A DNA stretch of 64,000 nucleotides from a bacterium (GCA_963663405.2 CAXXSM010000132.1:235102-299101); one strand, 5' to 3'; positions 23,554-35,042 are shown, counted from the stretch's first letter. Made by a program: numbers and translations. The notes: generated from the letters alone by a model not told the origin.

Positions 23554-24055
23554 ATGTCCATTTTGAGTGATATATTCGCTGGTTTCATCACCACGATGAA
23601 AGGGATGGCCGTAACGGGGAAAGAATTCCTTATCCCTGCTTACACGGTCCAATACCCCAAAGAAAAGCGCGTTATGCCCGAACGCTTTCGCGGTATGCTG
23701 GTATGTGACGCCAGCCGATGCATCGCGTGTAACAAATGCGTTCGGATCTGCCCGGCCGAATGTCTTGTCTGCGAGGGGACCGGGAAAGGCAAAGAACGGC
23801 GCGCTGCGCTCTATTCCGTGGATTACGCGAAATGCTGTTGGTGCGGATTATGTGTAGACGCCTGTCCCACAAATTGTCCTTACAATGTCGAAGGATTATG
23901 AAACCGTGTTCACCGACCGCAGTCAGATGGTCCGTGAATTTTGCTCGGATCCAGTTCCCCCGTTCAATGTAGAATCCCCGGACGGCGATCCAAAAGGCCC
24001 TGGACCGGATACCGGTAAAAAGGAGAAAGCGGATAGTGGACGCGCTGCTGCATAA
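23554..24055 (+). CDS. nuoI: NADH-quinone oxidoreductase subunit I (frameshift at about 23880)
   Basis: Two 4Fe-4S motifs CIACNKCVRICP and CCWCGLCVDACP; TVQYP...ERFRG. Confidence 0.92.
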
Positions 24056-24596
24056 TCTGATTTTTTACATACTGGCTTTGATCGTGATTGGTTCGGCGGC
24101 GATAACCGCGTTCGCACGGAATCTAGTTCACGCGGCGTTTTCGCTGTTATTCACCTTTTTCGGCCTCGCCTGCCTATATATCTATCTCGCCGCCGATTTC
24201 GTCGGTTTGTCGCAGGTGATTGTCTATGTCGGTGGCATCCTGATTCTGCTCCTGTTCGGTGTTATGTTTACAGGCAACGTTACGGGTGTGGGGGTGAAAC
24301 AAGTCCTGCACAAACGGTGGGGCGCTTTGGCGTTGGTCCTCTTTTTGTTTGTCTTACTGATTACAGTTTTGGGAACCCCTTGGCCTGCGATGGAGAATCC
24401 AGCGGATAAGGAACTCAGCTCAACTGTGTCGCCGATTGGCATACTGCTTTTAACGGATTACCTTCTTCCGTTTGAAATCGCGTCACTCCTCCTGCTGATC
24501 GCGTTAATCGGCGCGGTCGTCATCGCGCAGAGTGAACCGAAAGTGGAGGGCGCGCCTCCGGAGGCGGAAGATACGACTCCGGAAACTTCAGGATAA
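24036..24596 (+). CDS. nuoJ: NADH-quinone oxidoreductase subunit J
   Basis: QVIVYVGGILILLLFGVM and YLLPFEIASLLLL motifs. Confidence 0.94.
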   Translation: MDALLHNLIFYILALIVIGSAAITAFARNLVHAAFSLLFTFFGLACLYIYLAADFVGLSQVIVYVGGILILLLFGVMFTGNVTGVGVKQVLHKRWGALALVLFLFVLLITVLGTPWPAMENPADKELSSTVSPIGILLLTDYLLPFEIASLLLLIALIGAVVIAQSEPKVEGAPPEAEDTTPETSG

Positions 24597-24696
24597 TAAA
24601 AAAGATTGCTAGAACGCGGCGGGCGGGATTTTGAACAACGCTGGGCGCGTAGAGAGAGATTAAAGCGGATTAAAAAACACACTGTGGTGTAGAGTT

Positions 24697-25008
24697 ATGA
24701 CCGTAGGTTTAGAACATTGTTTAGTCGTATCCGTCATTCTGTTCAGTTTGGGTATTTTTATTGTGATGACCCGGCGGAACGGAATTCGCATCTTGATGGG
24801 AGTCGAATTGATCTTGAACTCGGCCAATTTAAATTTGATCGCGTTCAACCGGTTCCTGCCAAATTCGGATGCGGTAGGAAGCGTGTTCGCGGTATTTGTG
24901 ATTATTCTCGCCGCGGCGGAAGCCGCTGTGGCTTTAGCGATCGTTTTATCCATCTATCAGCAGTTCTCGACGGTTCAGCTGGACGAAATCAATAGCATGA
25001 AACACTGA
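24697..25008 (+). CDS. nuoK: NADH-quinone oxidoreductase subunit K
   Basis: LMGVELILNSANLN and AAAEAAVALAI. Confidence 0.95.
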   Translation: MTVGLEHCLVVSVILFSLGIFIVMTRRNGIRILMGVELILNSANLNLIAFNRFLPNSDAVGSVFAVFVIILAAAEAAVALAIVLSIYQQFSTVQLDEINSMKH

Positions 25009-25011
25009 GGA

Positions 25012-27132
25012 ATGGGCATGAGTAAATACGAACTTCTCGCCTGGTTAATTCTGGCGTTTCCGCTGGCGGCGTTTGTGATTCAAATGTTCGTTGGCAAGCG
25101 TTTGCCCCGGCAAGGTGACTGGGTTTCCGTGACGGCGATCTGCCTGTCGCTAGCCTGTGGATTATTCCTCTCTTTCTCAATTATTTTTGGAGAGAACGAT
25201 CCCCACTTTCTCTATCCCGAAGAACCCACGTATTACCAATGGTTCACCGGGGGCAGTATGATCTTTGGTTGGGGATTCCACATTGACAACCTGACCGCCG
25301 TTATGATGCTGGTCGTTACGATTGTCAGCTCACTGGTCCATATCTATTCCATGGGCTATATGCAGGGGGAGCAGTATTACCATCGTTTTTTCGCGTATCT
25401 AAGCCTTTTCAGCTTCTCCATGCTGTTGTTGATCCTTTGTGACAACCTTTTCTTGTTGTATATCACATGGGAACTTGTGGGAGTCAGTTCGTATCTTCTG
25501 ATTGGATTCTTCTTTTGGAAAGATTCAGCGGCGGACGCGTGTAAAAAAGCGTTTCTCACCACGCGGGTGGGCGATATTTTCATGTTTATCGGCATCATGC
25601 TGATCGTGATGTCCACCGGTAAGATAAATTTCGTCGAAGTCTTCAACGCGATCGCGCATGGGGAATTAAATGGTTTGACATTGACCATCGCAGGCATCTG
25701 CCTCTTCGGTGGCGCGGTGGGTAAATCGGCGCAGTTCCCCCTGCATGTCTGGCTGCCGGACGCGATGGAAGGCCCGACACCTGTCAGCGCGTTAATCCAT
25801 GCGGCGACAATGGTGGCGGCGGGTGTGTACATGGTCGGCCGACTCTTCCCCATTTTTTCCGCTTCAGCCACGACGATGCTGGTGATCGCGTATGTCGGAC
25901 TAATCACAGCCTTCTTCGCCGCGACGATCGCGATAACACAAACGGATATTAAGCGGGTTTTGGCATATTCGACTGTCAGCCAATTAGGTTATATGATCAC
26001 CGCGTTGGGTGTGGGCGCTTACACGGCGGGGCTCTATCATCTGATGACCCATGCGTTCTTCAAAGCGCTTCTCTTCCTCGGCAGCGGCAGTGTGATTCAT
26101 GCGGTTCATACCAATGAGATGCCAGAGATGGGCGGATTAAAGAAGAAAATGCCCATTACGTTCTGGACGATGCTGATCGCGACTTTGGCCATTTCTGGTG
26201 TGCCCTTTTTCTCCGGTTTCGGCAGTAAAGACGCGATCCTAGCCGGGGCGCTGCAATTCGGCGTCGATCATCCCCAGCATATACTTATCTTCCTTGGTTT
26301 ATTATTCGGCGCGGGGATCACCGCTTTTTATATGTTCCGTTTGATCTTTCTTACCTTCTTTGGGGAGCCCCGCGATCAGAAACGGTACGATCACGCGCAT
26401 GAATCTCCCTTCAGCATGACGGTTCCATTAATGATCTTAGCCTTCTTGTCCTTCATTGGCGGTTTTGGCGCGTTTGGCTCGCTTTGGTTGAATAAACTCG
26501 TCGTTCCTCCCGCGATTGAGCAGGTTGTGATAGAAGACGCGCATGCGGCGGAAGGCGCCCATGCTTCCGCTGATGAAACCCATGCGGAAAATGAAGCGCA
26601 TCCTGCTGACGCCGGTCATGCGGTAGAAGGCGAACATGGAGAACATCATCATAATCCATTCGTCCATTATGGGGCGATGATTCTTTCGATCCTCTTCGCG
26701 TTTTCGGGTATCGCGTTCTCTTATCTCGTCTATTACAAAAAGAAGTTTTCCGCGGAGAAGATGGCGAATCAATGGCGGCCTCTCTACGAGCTGTCATTCC
26801 ACAAATATTGGGTGGATGAGTTCTACGAGAAGACAGTGATCGCTTTCGTGCTGAAGATCCGTATGGTTTTGGCGCGGTTCGATAACAAAATCGTGGATGG
26901 AGCCGTCAATATTACCGCTCCGATAACACGCGGGACGTCGGCGTTCTCCGGCGCAGTGGATAAATATGTCGTCGATGGATTGGTCAATCTCTTGGCGATC
27001 GTGATCCAAGCCATTGGCGCAATCAGCACATTATTCCAGAGCGGTGTGATACAAAATTACTTGATGAAAGCCGGTGTCGCGGCAGGTCTGATTCTGTTGC
27101 TGCACAATTTCATCATGAGAATATTTGGATAA
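25012..27132 (+). CDS. nuoL: NADH-quinone oxidoreductase subunit L
   Basis: GKSAQFPLHVWLPDAMEGPTPVSALIHAATMV; His-rich loop near the C-terminus. Confidence 0.97.
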   Translation: MGMSKYELLAWLILAFPLAAFVIQMFVGKRLPRQGDWVSVTAICLSLACGLFLSFSIIFGENDPHFLYPEEPTYYQWFTGGSMIFGWGFHIDNLTAVMMLVVTIVSSLVHIYSMGYMQGEQYYHRFFAYLSLFSFSMLLLILCDNLFLLYITWELVGVSSYLLIGFFFWKDSAADACKKAFLTTRVGDIFMFIGIMLIVMSTGKINFVEVFNAIAHGELNGLTLTIAGICLFGGAVGKSAQFPLHVWLPDAMEGPTPVSALIHAATMVAAGVYMVGRLFPIFSASATTMLVIAYVGLITAFFAATIAITQTDIKRVLAYSTVSQLGYMITALGVGAYTAGLYHLMTHAFFKALLFLGSGSVIHAVHTNEMPEMGGLKKKMPITFWTMLIATLAISGVPFFSGFGSKDAILAGALQFGVDHPQHILIFLGLLFGAGITAFYMFRLIFLTFFGEPRDQKRYDHAHESPFSMTVPLMILAFLSFIGGFGAFGSLWLNKLVVPPAIEQVVIEDAHAAEGAHASADETHAENEAHPADAGHAVEGEHGEHHHNPFVHYGAMILSILFAFSGIAFSYLVYYKKKFSAEKMANQWRPLYELSFHKYWVDEFYEKTVIAFVLKIRMVLARFDNKIVDGAVNITAPITRGTSAFSGAVDKYVVDGLVNLLAIVIQAIGAISTLFQSGVIQNYLMKAGVAAGLILLLHNFIMRIFG

Positions 27133-27229
27133 AGTTTGTACTTTAGAAATCGATTCAAAAAAGGAAAGCCGAAAAATTAATAAAGGAATTGCGTTGATTC
27201 CTTTGTTATTCTTAGCGTAGGGAGCAGAC

Positions 27230-28719
27230 ATGATAGAGAACAACCACTTACTGAGCTGGATCATATTTTGGCCGTTGATCGGCATGGTACTGGTTTTATT
27301 AACGCCGGCGCGCGCAAAGACATTTATCAAGCAACTCGCTTTTCTCTTCACGCTTCCGTCGCTGATCGCCGGTATTGTGATGATAATGCAGTACGATCCA
27401 TCCGCTGGGATGCAGTTCCAGGCCAAGGTCCAGTGGATTAGCGCGTTCAATATATACTATTATATTGGAGCGGACGGATTGAGCGTCCCGATGATTTTCC
27501 TGACGGTTATTCTCTGTCCGATCTGTATTCTTGCTTCCTGGAATATCAACGATCGCACCAAAGGATATATGGCGCTCTTCCTGCTGTTGGAAGTGGGAAT
27601 GCTAGGCGTCTTCTGCGCGCTGGATTTCTTCTTGTTCTATGTGTTCTGGGAACTGATGCTGCTTCCCATGTACTTCCTGATCGGCATCTGGGGTGGACCT
27701 CGCCGGGAATACGCGGCGATCAAGTTTTTCCTCTATACATTATTGGGCAGTGTGTTTCTCTTCATCGCCATGATCGCCATTTACCTCTATACGGGTTCGT
27801 TCGATCTGATTGAATTGAAAACATTAATTCCTGGATCGGACTTAATGTCGGCGATGGCGCTGAAATGGTGGCTCTTCCTCGGTATGTATGTCGCGTTCGC
27901 GATCAAGATTCCCGCGTTTCCGTTCCATACATGGTTACCGGACGCGCATGTCGAAGCGCCGACTGCGATCAGTGTGATTCTGGCGGGAATTCTTCTGAAG
28001 ATGGGAACATACGGCATCCTCCGGATCAGTTATCCTCTCATGCCGGACATGGCCCTGCATTTCGCGTATTTCATCGCAGTGATCGCGTTGATCAATATTG
28101 TCTACGGCGCGCTGGTGGCGATGGCGCAGACCGATTTAAAGAAACTGGTCGCGTATTCCAGTATCAGCCATATGGGCTACGTGATGCTGGGCATGGCGAC
28201 ATTCACGCCGGAAGGTATGAACGGCGCTGTTTTACAAATGTTCAACCACGGCTGCATTACGGCGATGCTCTTCCTTCTCGTAGGTGTTGTCTATGACCGG
28301 GCGCATCACCGTGACATTGATGGATTTGGTGGGTTGGCGAAAGTGACTCCGATTTATTCCGTCATCACCTGTGTGGCCTTTTCGCCGCGTTGGGATTGCC
28401 AGGGCTTTCGGGATTTATCAGTGAGGCGCTGGTCTTCCTGGGCGCGTTCCCGGTTTATATGTGGATCACGATTTTTGCGACTTCAGGAATTGTGTTGGGC
28501 GCGGCGTATATGCTGTGGACCTACCAGCGAATCTTCCTTGGGCCGTTGAATGAGAAATACGCCAATCTCCCCGATTGTACGATCCGCGAACAGGTGACTC
28601 TCTATCCGCTCGCGTTTATCGTCGTTCTGGTTGGAGTGTTCCCGCATTTGATCATCAATTTGTTTAATCCCACGATGCAAGAACTGATTAAATTTGTTAA
28701 GGACTCGGTTGGAGCGTAA
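27230..28719 (+). CDS. nuoM: NADH-quinone oxidoreductase subunit M (frameshift at about 28380)
   Basis: FWELMLLPMYFLIGIWG, PFHTWLPDAHVEAPT, GLPGLSGFISE. Confidence 0.95.
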
Positions 28720-28723
28720 ATTT

Positions 28724-30226
28724 ATGGGTATCGTCGAAAGCCTATCTAACGTCGAAAGCCTATCCTATTTTATACCGGAATTGATTCTGTCGTTGACGGT
28801 TCTTCTGGTGTTATTAGCCAGTTTATTCGATCCTGAAAAGGAAGGGCTCGATCTTCCCAGTGTGATGGCTCTGGTGGGGTGTTTTCTGGCGTTCATCGCT
28901 CATATTTGGCTGTACTACATGGAACCGGCCACCCTTTTCATGGGGATGATCGTTCATGATAACTTCTCCGCCTTTTTCCGTGGATTTTTCTTATTGGCGA
29001 CCCTGATTATTGTGACGTTCACAACCTTCGGCCGGGAAGTGGTTTATCTTAAGAAATGTGAGTTTTACTCCATCCTTCTTTCTGTAACCGTGGGCATGTG
29101 CCTTGTCGCGTCAGCGCAGGATTTAGTAATGGCCTACTTGGGGCTCGAACTGATGAGTATCGGTTCGTATATCCTCGCCGGGTTCGCGCGGAAGATTGGA
29201 AAATCCGAAGAGGCGTCATTGAAATACGTGCTGTATGGCGGCGTTTCGACCGGCGTGATGCTCTTTGGCCTTACTCTGCTTTATGGATTGACGGGTGAGA
29301 CGGGATTTTCCGCTATTCGTAATTCGTTAATGGGAACCGGGCAGGGAATCGATATCGCCGCGTTTACTATTTTCTTGATGATCATGGTTGGGATTGGGTA
29401 TAAGATTTCAGCCGTGCCGTTCCATTTCTGGGCGCCGGATGTGTATGAAGGGGCGCCGACTCCGGTGACCGCCTATCTTTCCGTCGCGTCCAAAGGCGCG
29501 GGTTTTGCGCTTCTGATCCGTCTCTTTTATTCCATCCTTTTGACGCCCTCTACCGAGGGCGCTTTCTGGATAGAGATCGCCAATATCGATATTCAATGGA
29601 CATTTTACATCGCTCTCCTCTCTGCGATTACCATGACCGTTGGTAATCTGGGGGCGATCAGCCAGAACAACCTAAAACGTCTGTTGGCCTATTCGGGTAT
29701 CGCTCACGCCGGTTATCTATTGATGGGCGTGTGTATTATGACCGTATCGGGTCTGCAAGCAGTGATTTTTTACTTGACGGTTTATCTATTTACAAACCTC
29801 GCCGCGTTCTTAGTAATTATCATCATTGTTGAAGAACAAGATGACGATACCATCAACGGCGTACGCGGGCTTGGAACGCGCGCGCCACTCGCCGCGGCAG
29901 TAATGGCGTTAGCCCTTTTCTCTTTGGTTGGATTACCTCCAACGGCTGGATTTGTCGGTAAGTACTATCTTTTTATCGCATTGCTGGATGAACAATTATA
30001 TTGGCTGGCCTTGGTCGCTGTTTTGAACACGGTTGTATCGCTTTACTATTATGCGCGCATCGTGCGGGCCATGTATTTAGATAAAACGCCAACAACAAAA
30101 CCGGTTCATGTGCATCCTGTTTTTGCCGGATTGTTGATTGCCCTTGCTGTGCCCATCCTTTACTTTGGAATTTTCTTCGGCAAACTCGTAGATTACGCCC
30201 AGCATTGCGCGTCGCTGATTCAGTAA
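28724..30226 (+). CDS. nuoN: NADH-quinone oxidoreductase subunit N
   Basis: KISAVPFHFWAPDVYEGAPTPV, KRLLAYSGIAHAGY. Confidence 0.96.
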   Translation: MGIVESLSNVESLSYFIPELILSLTVLLVLLASLFDPEKEGLDLPSVMALVGCFLAFIAHIWLYYMEPATLFMGMIVHDNFSAFFRGFFLLATLIIVTFTTFGREVVYLKKCEFYSILLSVTVGMCLVASAQDLVMAYLGLELMSIGSYILAGFARKIGKSEEASLKYVLYGGVSTGVMLFGLTLLYGLTGETGFSAIRNSLMGTGQGIDIAAFTIFLMIMVGIGYKISAVPFHFWAPDVYEGAPTPVTAYLSVASKGAGFALLIRLFYSILLTPSTEGAFWIEIANIDIQWTFYIALLSAITMTVGNLGAISQNNLKRLLAYSGIAHAGYLLMGVCIMTVSGLQAVIFYLTVYLFTNLAAFLVIIIIVEEQDDDTINGVRGLGTRAPLAAAVMALALFSLVGLPPTAGFVGKYYLFIALLDEQLYWLALVAVLNTVVSLYYYARIVRAMYLDKTPTTKPVHVHPVFAGLLIALAVPILYFGIFFGKLVDYAQHCASLIQ

Positions 30227-30322
30227 TAACGTAAAGCAAGGAATCTCTTAAGGCGAAACGTAACTAATATCTCCTTTACCTGTTACATCCTCCCCTTTCA
30301 TTCTACCAATCATATGGTTTAC

Positions 30323-30355
30323 CATTTCATGAAATGATACATATTCATTTCATGA
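30323..30355. promoter_or_regulatory. Candidate operator: perfect 14-bp palindrome plus partial copy
   Basis: CATTTCATGAAATG (30323-30336) and CATTTCATGA (30346-30355) upstream of the gene at 30401. Confidence 0.35.
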
Positions 30356-30400
30356 GCGTGGTTCGTGTTTTGACGCTAAAAAATATACTCTAAAACTTAG

Positions 30401-31969
30401 ATGGGAAGGATGGATGGAGAAATGTGTGATCATTGCAATGGAATAGGCAGACGTGAATTCATGGGCGCGGTGGGCGCCGCTTCAGCGATTGGAGCGATCG
30501 CTGTTTCTTCGGTAAATGCGAATGCGGCTGAATCGGCGGATACTACATATCAAAATGGATCCTCTTTACCGTCAGGCGTTCCGTTGAAGGTCAAGCCGGT
30601 TTTTGTATATGCGTTGTATAAACGGGCGGAAAAAACAAGTTGGCGGGGGTATGGTGGACTCCATACGGAGGATGATGTGAAAGCGGAGACGCGGCGGATC
30701 GAGGGGGAATTGAAAGAACTTGCATCCAATGCAGAGTTTCCGGTTGATATCCTGCCGGTGACGCTGGTCAACAACGATCAACAAGCGATGGAAGCATCGG
30801 AAAGCGTATGCGATGTAATATTAGTATACGCGTCTGGTGGAGGAGGCCGTGATTCTTATAGCTGGTACTCATCGTTGGCTTCCAAAACGCCGAACATAAT
30901 GTTCCTTCGTCATCAATCGGGGCCTTACTACCTTTGGCACGAAATCGCCCACTGGCGCTTCCTGCGGAGGAATGGAGACATCATCGAAGAGCCGAACATG
31001 GATGTGGATGATATTGTGGTAGACGAATATGACGATGTGTTGTGGAGGCTTCGGGCGTTATATGGACTCAAAAACGCTAAGGGCACAAAAATGCTGGCGA
31101 TTGGAAGTTTGGCCGCATACAGTGAACCTGCTCAGCGGCTTGGTCCTGCTCATGCAAAAGAAATTTGGGATTATGATATTGAAATTATCTCGCGGGAGGT
31201 TTTTGCCCAGCGTCTCCAAAAAGCCCGTATAGACGAAACGCGAATGAAAAAAATAGAGCGGCAAGTGGACGCTTACCTCACCCAACCGGGTGTGATTCTG
31301 CAAACAGACCGGAAATTCGTTGTTAATTCGTTCATCGCGTTATCGGTATGTAAAGAATTCATGGAAGAAACCGGAGCGATGAATTTTGGTTTTGATTACT
31401 GCATGTCGCGTCAGGTGATCGAAATGCTGGATACACCACCGTGTTTGGTTTTGAGCCTAGCGAATGACGAGGGGTATACAGCATATTGTCATACGGACTT
31501 ATCCCATACAGTGCCCGGTGTGCTGCTGCGTTGGATCACCGGCAAACCTGCGTTTTTGTGTAATACACATTTTCCACATCACGGTATTTTCACCGTGGCC
31601 CATTGCGCCGCCCCGCGAAGAATGAATGGAAAAGATTACGAACCGGCCCGGATCATGACTCATTTTGAATCAGATTACGGCGCGGCTACCAAAGTGACGT
31701 ATACCAAAGGGCAAATGGTGACGGCTATTATTCCGAACCTTCATTGTACGAAGTGGCAAGGGCTGAAAGGAACCATTCTTGATTCACCTTCTCTTCCCGT
31801 ATGCCGGTCGCAAATGGATATTCAGATGGAGGGAGATTTTCGCAAGCTGCTTACGGACATGGAAGGATTTCATGCGCAAATCTGCTATGGTGATTATCTT
31901 CGCGAAGTTGGTTACGCTCTCAAGAAAATTGGGAAAGTCGAATGGCAGAATTTCAGTGGCGCCGTTTAA
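30401..31969 (+). CDS. Tat-exported L-fucose/L-arabinose isomerase-like protein
   Basis: GRREFMG twin-arginine signal; C-terminal AHC...THFESDYGAA...CRSQ...H...YGDY pattern resembles the FucI/AraA C-terminal domain. Confidence 0.6.
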   Translation: MGRMDGEMCDHCNGIGRREFMGAVGAASAIGAIAVSSVNANAAESADTTYQNGSSLPSGVPLKVKPVFVYALYKRAEKTSWRGYGGLHTEDDVKAETRRIEGELKELASNAEFPVDILPVTLVNNDQQAMEASESVCDVILVYASGGGGRDSYSWYSSLASKTPNIMFLRHQSGPYYLWHEIAHWRFLRRNGDIIEEPNMDVDDIVVDEYDDVLWRLRALYGLKNAKGTKMLAIGSLAAYSEPAQRLGPAHAKEIWDYDIEIISREVFAQRLQKARIDETRMKKIERQVDAYLTQPGVILQTDRKFVVNSFIALSVCKEFMEETGAMNFGFDYCMSRQVIEMLDTPPCLVLSLANDEGYTAYCHTDLSHTVPGVLLRWITGKPAFLCNTHFPHHGIFTVAHCAAPRRMNGKDYEPARIMTHFESDYGAATKVTYTKGQMVTAIIPNLHCTKWQGLKGTILDSPSLPVCRSQMDIQMEGDFRKLLTDMEGFHAQICYGDYLREVGYALKKIGKVEWQNFSGAV

Positions 31970-32162
31970 GAAATCTGAAACACCTAAAAAAATTGACTCC
32001 GGTACTTTCCTAAACTGATCTCTCCACAGTGCCGTTTTTTGTGTTGAATCATTGTGTTTCCATTTTAAAACATCCATTAGGGGATGTGTTGTGAATAACA
32101 GAAAACGTTTTTCATTGATTCTCGCAGTTGCTTTTCTGCGCCTGCTATATAACGATCGCGTC

Positions 32163-33635
32163 TTATTTTTTCTTCTCTTCTACAAACACTTTCAAACGCG
32201 CCATTGCGGAAGTTCCATTCTCGGAATCCCGTGTGACGGTGACGATGTATAAACCAGGTTTGCTGTAGTGATGTGAGATTGTCGCGAATTCATTTTGCGA
32301 GCAGGTTTCACCCTTCGTTCCGTCTCCAAAATCCCAACGCTCTTTCCCACCTTGTGTCCGGAATGTCCGCGCTTTGAAGAAGACGACGTCTCCAGGAGCG
32401 ATCCCTGTGGTTGGGTAATATGTCGCATGAATCGAAGGTGGAAGTTTTTCAAGTGTGTTCTCTCCCGCGTATGCGTGAACGACAGCAAAGTCAACATCGA
32501 CTTGCCCGCGATCGTCTTTGACCCAAAGGATTTCAGAGTAGACGCCGGGTTTCTCATAGACTTTTGTTGCAACTGGGCCTTGCGCATCTGAACCGTCGCA
32601 AAATGTCCACTTGTAGGAGACGATCTTCCCACCGTCACAGATGGAATTGGATCCGTCCAGCGTCACTTCATCGCCTGTGCTGACAAGGTGATGAGGTCTC
32701 GCTACTGCTAATAGAGCGCCGGGATTTTCACGCAGGTAGGCTTCTACGATGAAAGGATAGCCGTTGATCAATCCCTTTTCATCTCCCGCTGCGCCATTAA
32801 TGTCGAAATGAAGATGCGACCAACCGCCCGACGCGCCTTCTTTCCCTAAAATACCAATCCAATCCCCTTTTTGAACGCGGGTTCCCGGTTTGACATGCGG
32901 CAGAATGGAAGAGAAATGCGAATAACGATAATACCAGCCCCGGCTGTCTTCGATATAAACCACGTCGTATCGTGGAGAGAGATTAGGATACTTCTCCTTC
33001 GTCACTTCCGGCAGTGTCTTGCCCGCCGCGGAGAGCACGTACCCATCCGTCGCCGCAAGGACTGGAACGAGGTGATCGTAGCCGCCGAAATCCAGCCCGT
33101 AATGGTAGTAAATGTCCTTACGGTTTGGATCTTCTCCACCATCAACGAAACAGGGATCATTCGCCATCTGTGTATCCGACGCGAACCAGCGTTGTTTGAC
33201 TGGATAACCGAAACTGCCCGGTTCCAACAAAGGTTGATCCGGATCCCAGAATCGTAGCCTAACATCCGCGCCGGGCTCCAAATCCCAGACCTCCGGGCTG
33301 CTGGAATTGCTTAAATATCCCTTCGTAACCGCCGCGTCCAGTTTGAGTCCATTGACCACCTTCGGCATAGTGTACAACGCCACGGGGATCACTGCTTGCG
33401 TACCGCTGACATCGACGTTTACTTCCGCTTTCCGGATCGCATTGCGGAATGGATCGCGGACATCGTGAATGGAGAGAACAGTGATGATTTTTTTCTCTCC
33501 TGTTTTCAGCGTGTAAGTGAACGATTCTCCAATCGCCAAATCCGCCGTGACCGGTTTCGCCTGTGGCGCCGCTACTATCGCGCATACGAACAACGCAACG
33601 AAGAAAATGCTTTTGAATCCTGTATTCAATTTCAT
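32163..33635 (-). CDS. Secreted M23 peptidase with two PKD domains
   Basis: HYGLD and HLH zinc motifs; LDGSNS...YKWTFCDG and WDFGDG PKD motifs; signal peptide. Confidence 0.8.
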   Translation of the reverse strand: MKLNTGFKSIFFVALFVCAIVAAPQAKPVTADLAIGESFTYTLKTGEKKIITVLSIHDVRDPFRNAIRKAEVNVDVSGTQAVIPVALYTMPKVVNGLKLDAAVTKGYLSNSSSPEVWDLEPGADVRLRFWDPDQPLLEPGSFGYPVKQRWFASDTQMANDPCFVDGGEDPNRKDIYYHYGLDFGGYDHLVPVLAATDGYVLSAAGKTLPEVTKEKYPNLSPRYDVVYIEDSRGWYYRYSHFSSILPHVKPGTRVQKGDWIGILGKEGASGGWSHLHFDINGAAGDEKGLINGYPFIVEAYLRENPGALLAVARPHHLVSTGDEVTLDGSNSICDGGKIVSYKWTFCDGSDAQGPVATKVYEKPGVYSEILWVKDDRGQVDVDFAVVHAYAGENTLEKLPPSIHATYYPTTGIAPGDVVFFKARTFRTQGGKERWDFGDGTKGETCSQNEFATISHHYSKPGLYIVTVTRDSENGTSAMARLKVFVEEKKK

Positions 33636-33712
33636 GATTAACGATCTCCTTTCGATTGGTTCAAAAATTTTTTGTATTCATATTGAGACGCTCTTTATGA
33701 AACAGGCGTCAT

Positions 33713-35042
33713 TTATTTTTCTTTGGGACGCCGGTCGTCAATCTTGGTTGCCGCTTCGATGATATTGCCTTCCATATGAACCTGCCCGGCTTTTTCCTCG
33801 ATAAGAATTCCGGTGGTCTGCGTTCTCTCTCCTTCCGGACGGTTGTCACGGATGATGTTGTTCTTGAAGATGAGACCGTTGGTTTCACCACGGATGCGGA
33901 TCCCCGCTGATTCTTCATTCGTTCCGTTCTCTTCGATAATGTTATTCTCCAACCGGTTGCGGTGACCCGCCATTCCTATAGTTTCGTTACGGAAAAAGAC
34001 GCCGTTGAGGCTGTTCATTCGTACGACATTATTCTGCAGAAGATTGTCGGAATCCTTATGTCCAATCGAGATGCCGAATCGCCCGTTTTCGTTCAGAACA
34101 TTATTCTCAAACAAGCCATGCCGCACTCGCCAACAGAGGAACAGACCATCATTACCGTTATGAGTGGCGACGCACTTACGAATGATGGGACGCTGCGAGC
34201 CGCTGCCGGGGTGCAATCCGAGAGACGCGTTGTCGCTCGAAACGCATTCGATGACTTGCACATCGTTGGATTGTTGAAAACTGATTCCATCCCCGTTGTA
34301 GTTTTGAACCACGCAGCCTTTGATAATCGTTCCAAATCCACGGTAGAGGAAAAATCCCCGCGCCCCGGCATCCATTGAGCGGGATATTGTTCTCTTTGTC
34401 GCCATCGATAGTAAGATTCTCAACCTGCGCGCCTTCGATATGGTAACCGCTGACGACGGGAAAGACCGTCGCCGCATGCGCTTTCCTGTGAATCATGTAG
34501 TCCGACATCAAAGGATTGCTGATTGAGAACGTATTACCATTGCGCCCTGTGATTCGAGCGACGGTCGTGTGAAATCCGCCCGACTGATCGTCCATAATTG
34601 CGACACCATCGCCAACTTGAAAACCATCAGGATTCTCCAAAGTAATCTGTTCCTCCCCATAATCACCATCAATCGCGAGTGGAGAGGATACACTGGCCGT
34701 TTTCCGCAGTATGGTTTTTCCTTTTTCGCCGGTTACGGTGACGTTCGCGCGCAGATGCAGGGAATCGCGCATCATGTATTCTCCGGCTTGAATCTTCACA
34801 ATACCGCCGCCTAATCCAGCGATGTAGTCCACCGCCGATTGTAGAACGCGGTGATCGGTTCCAATCAGATCCGCGTCCGATGGGCCGACAGTAATAGATG
34901 GCCGTTCTTTCATCTCCGAATGCATGGCCCGAGGGAGTTGCTGTTCTTCCGGTTTCGGCGAGAAATCAACCGTTTCAGACGCTTGTGATACGAAAACGGT
35001 TAGAAGAAGAATCGAACAGATTGGGAGTAGAGTTTTTTTCAT
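33713..35042 (-). CDS. Secreted right-handed parallel beta-helix protein (frameshift at about 34355)
   Basis: ORFs 34176-35042 and 33713-34477 join; repeated N-x-x-G-I beta-helix turns; signal peptide. Confidence 0.75.

Noticed and set aside
26530-26660. His/Ala/Glu-rich loop in NuoL
   Set aside because: Such low-complexity His-rich loops are common in NuoL proteins.
19522-28719. nuo genes as pseudogenes or programmed frameshifts
   Set aside because: Motifs are intact and indels are scattered, also in rplT; sequencing error is the simpler explanation.
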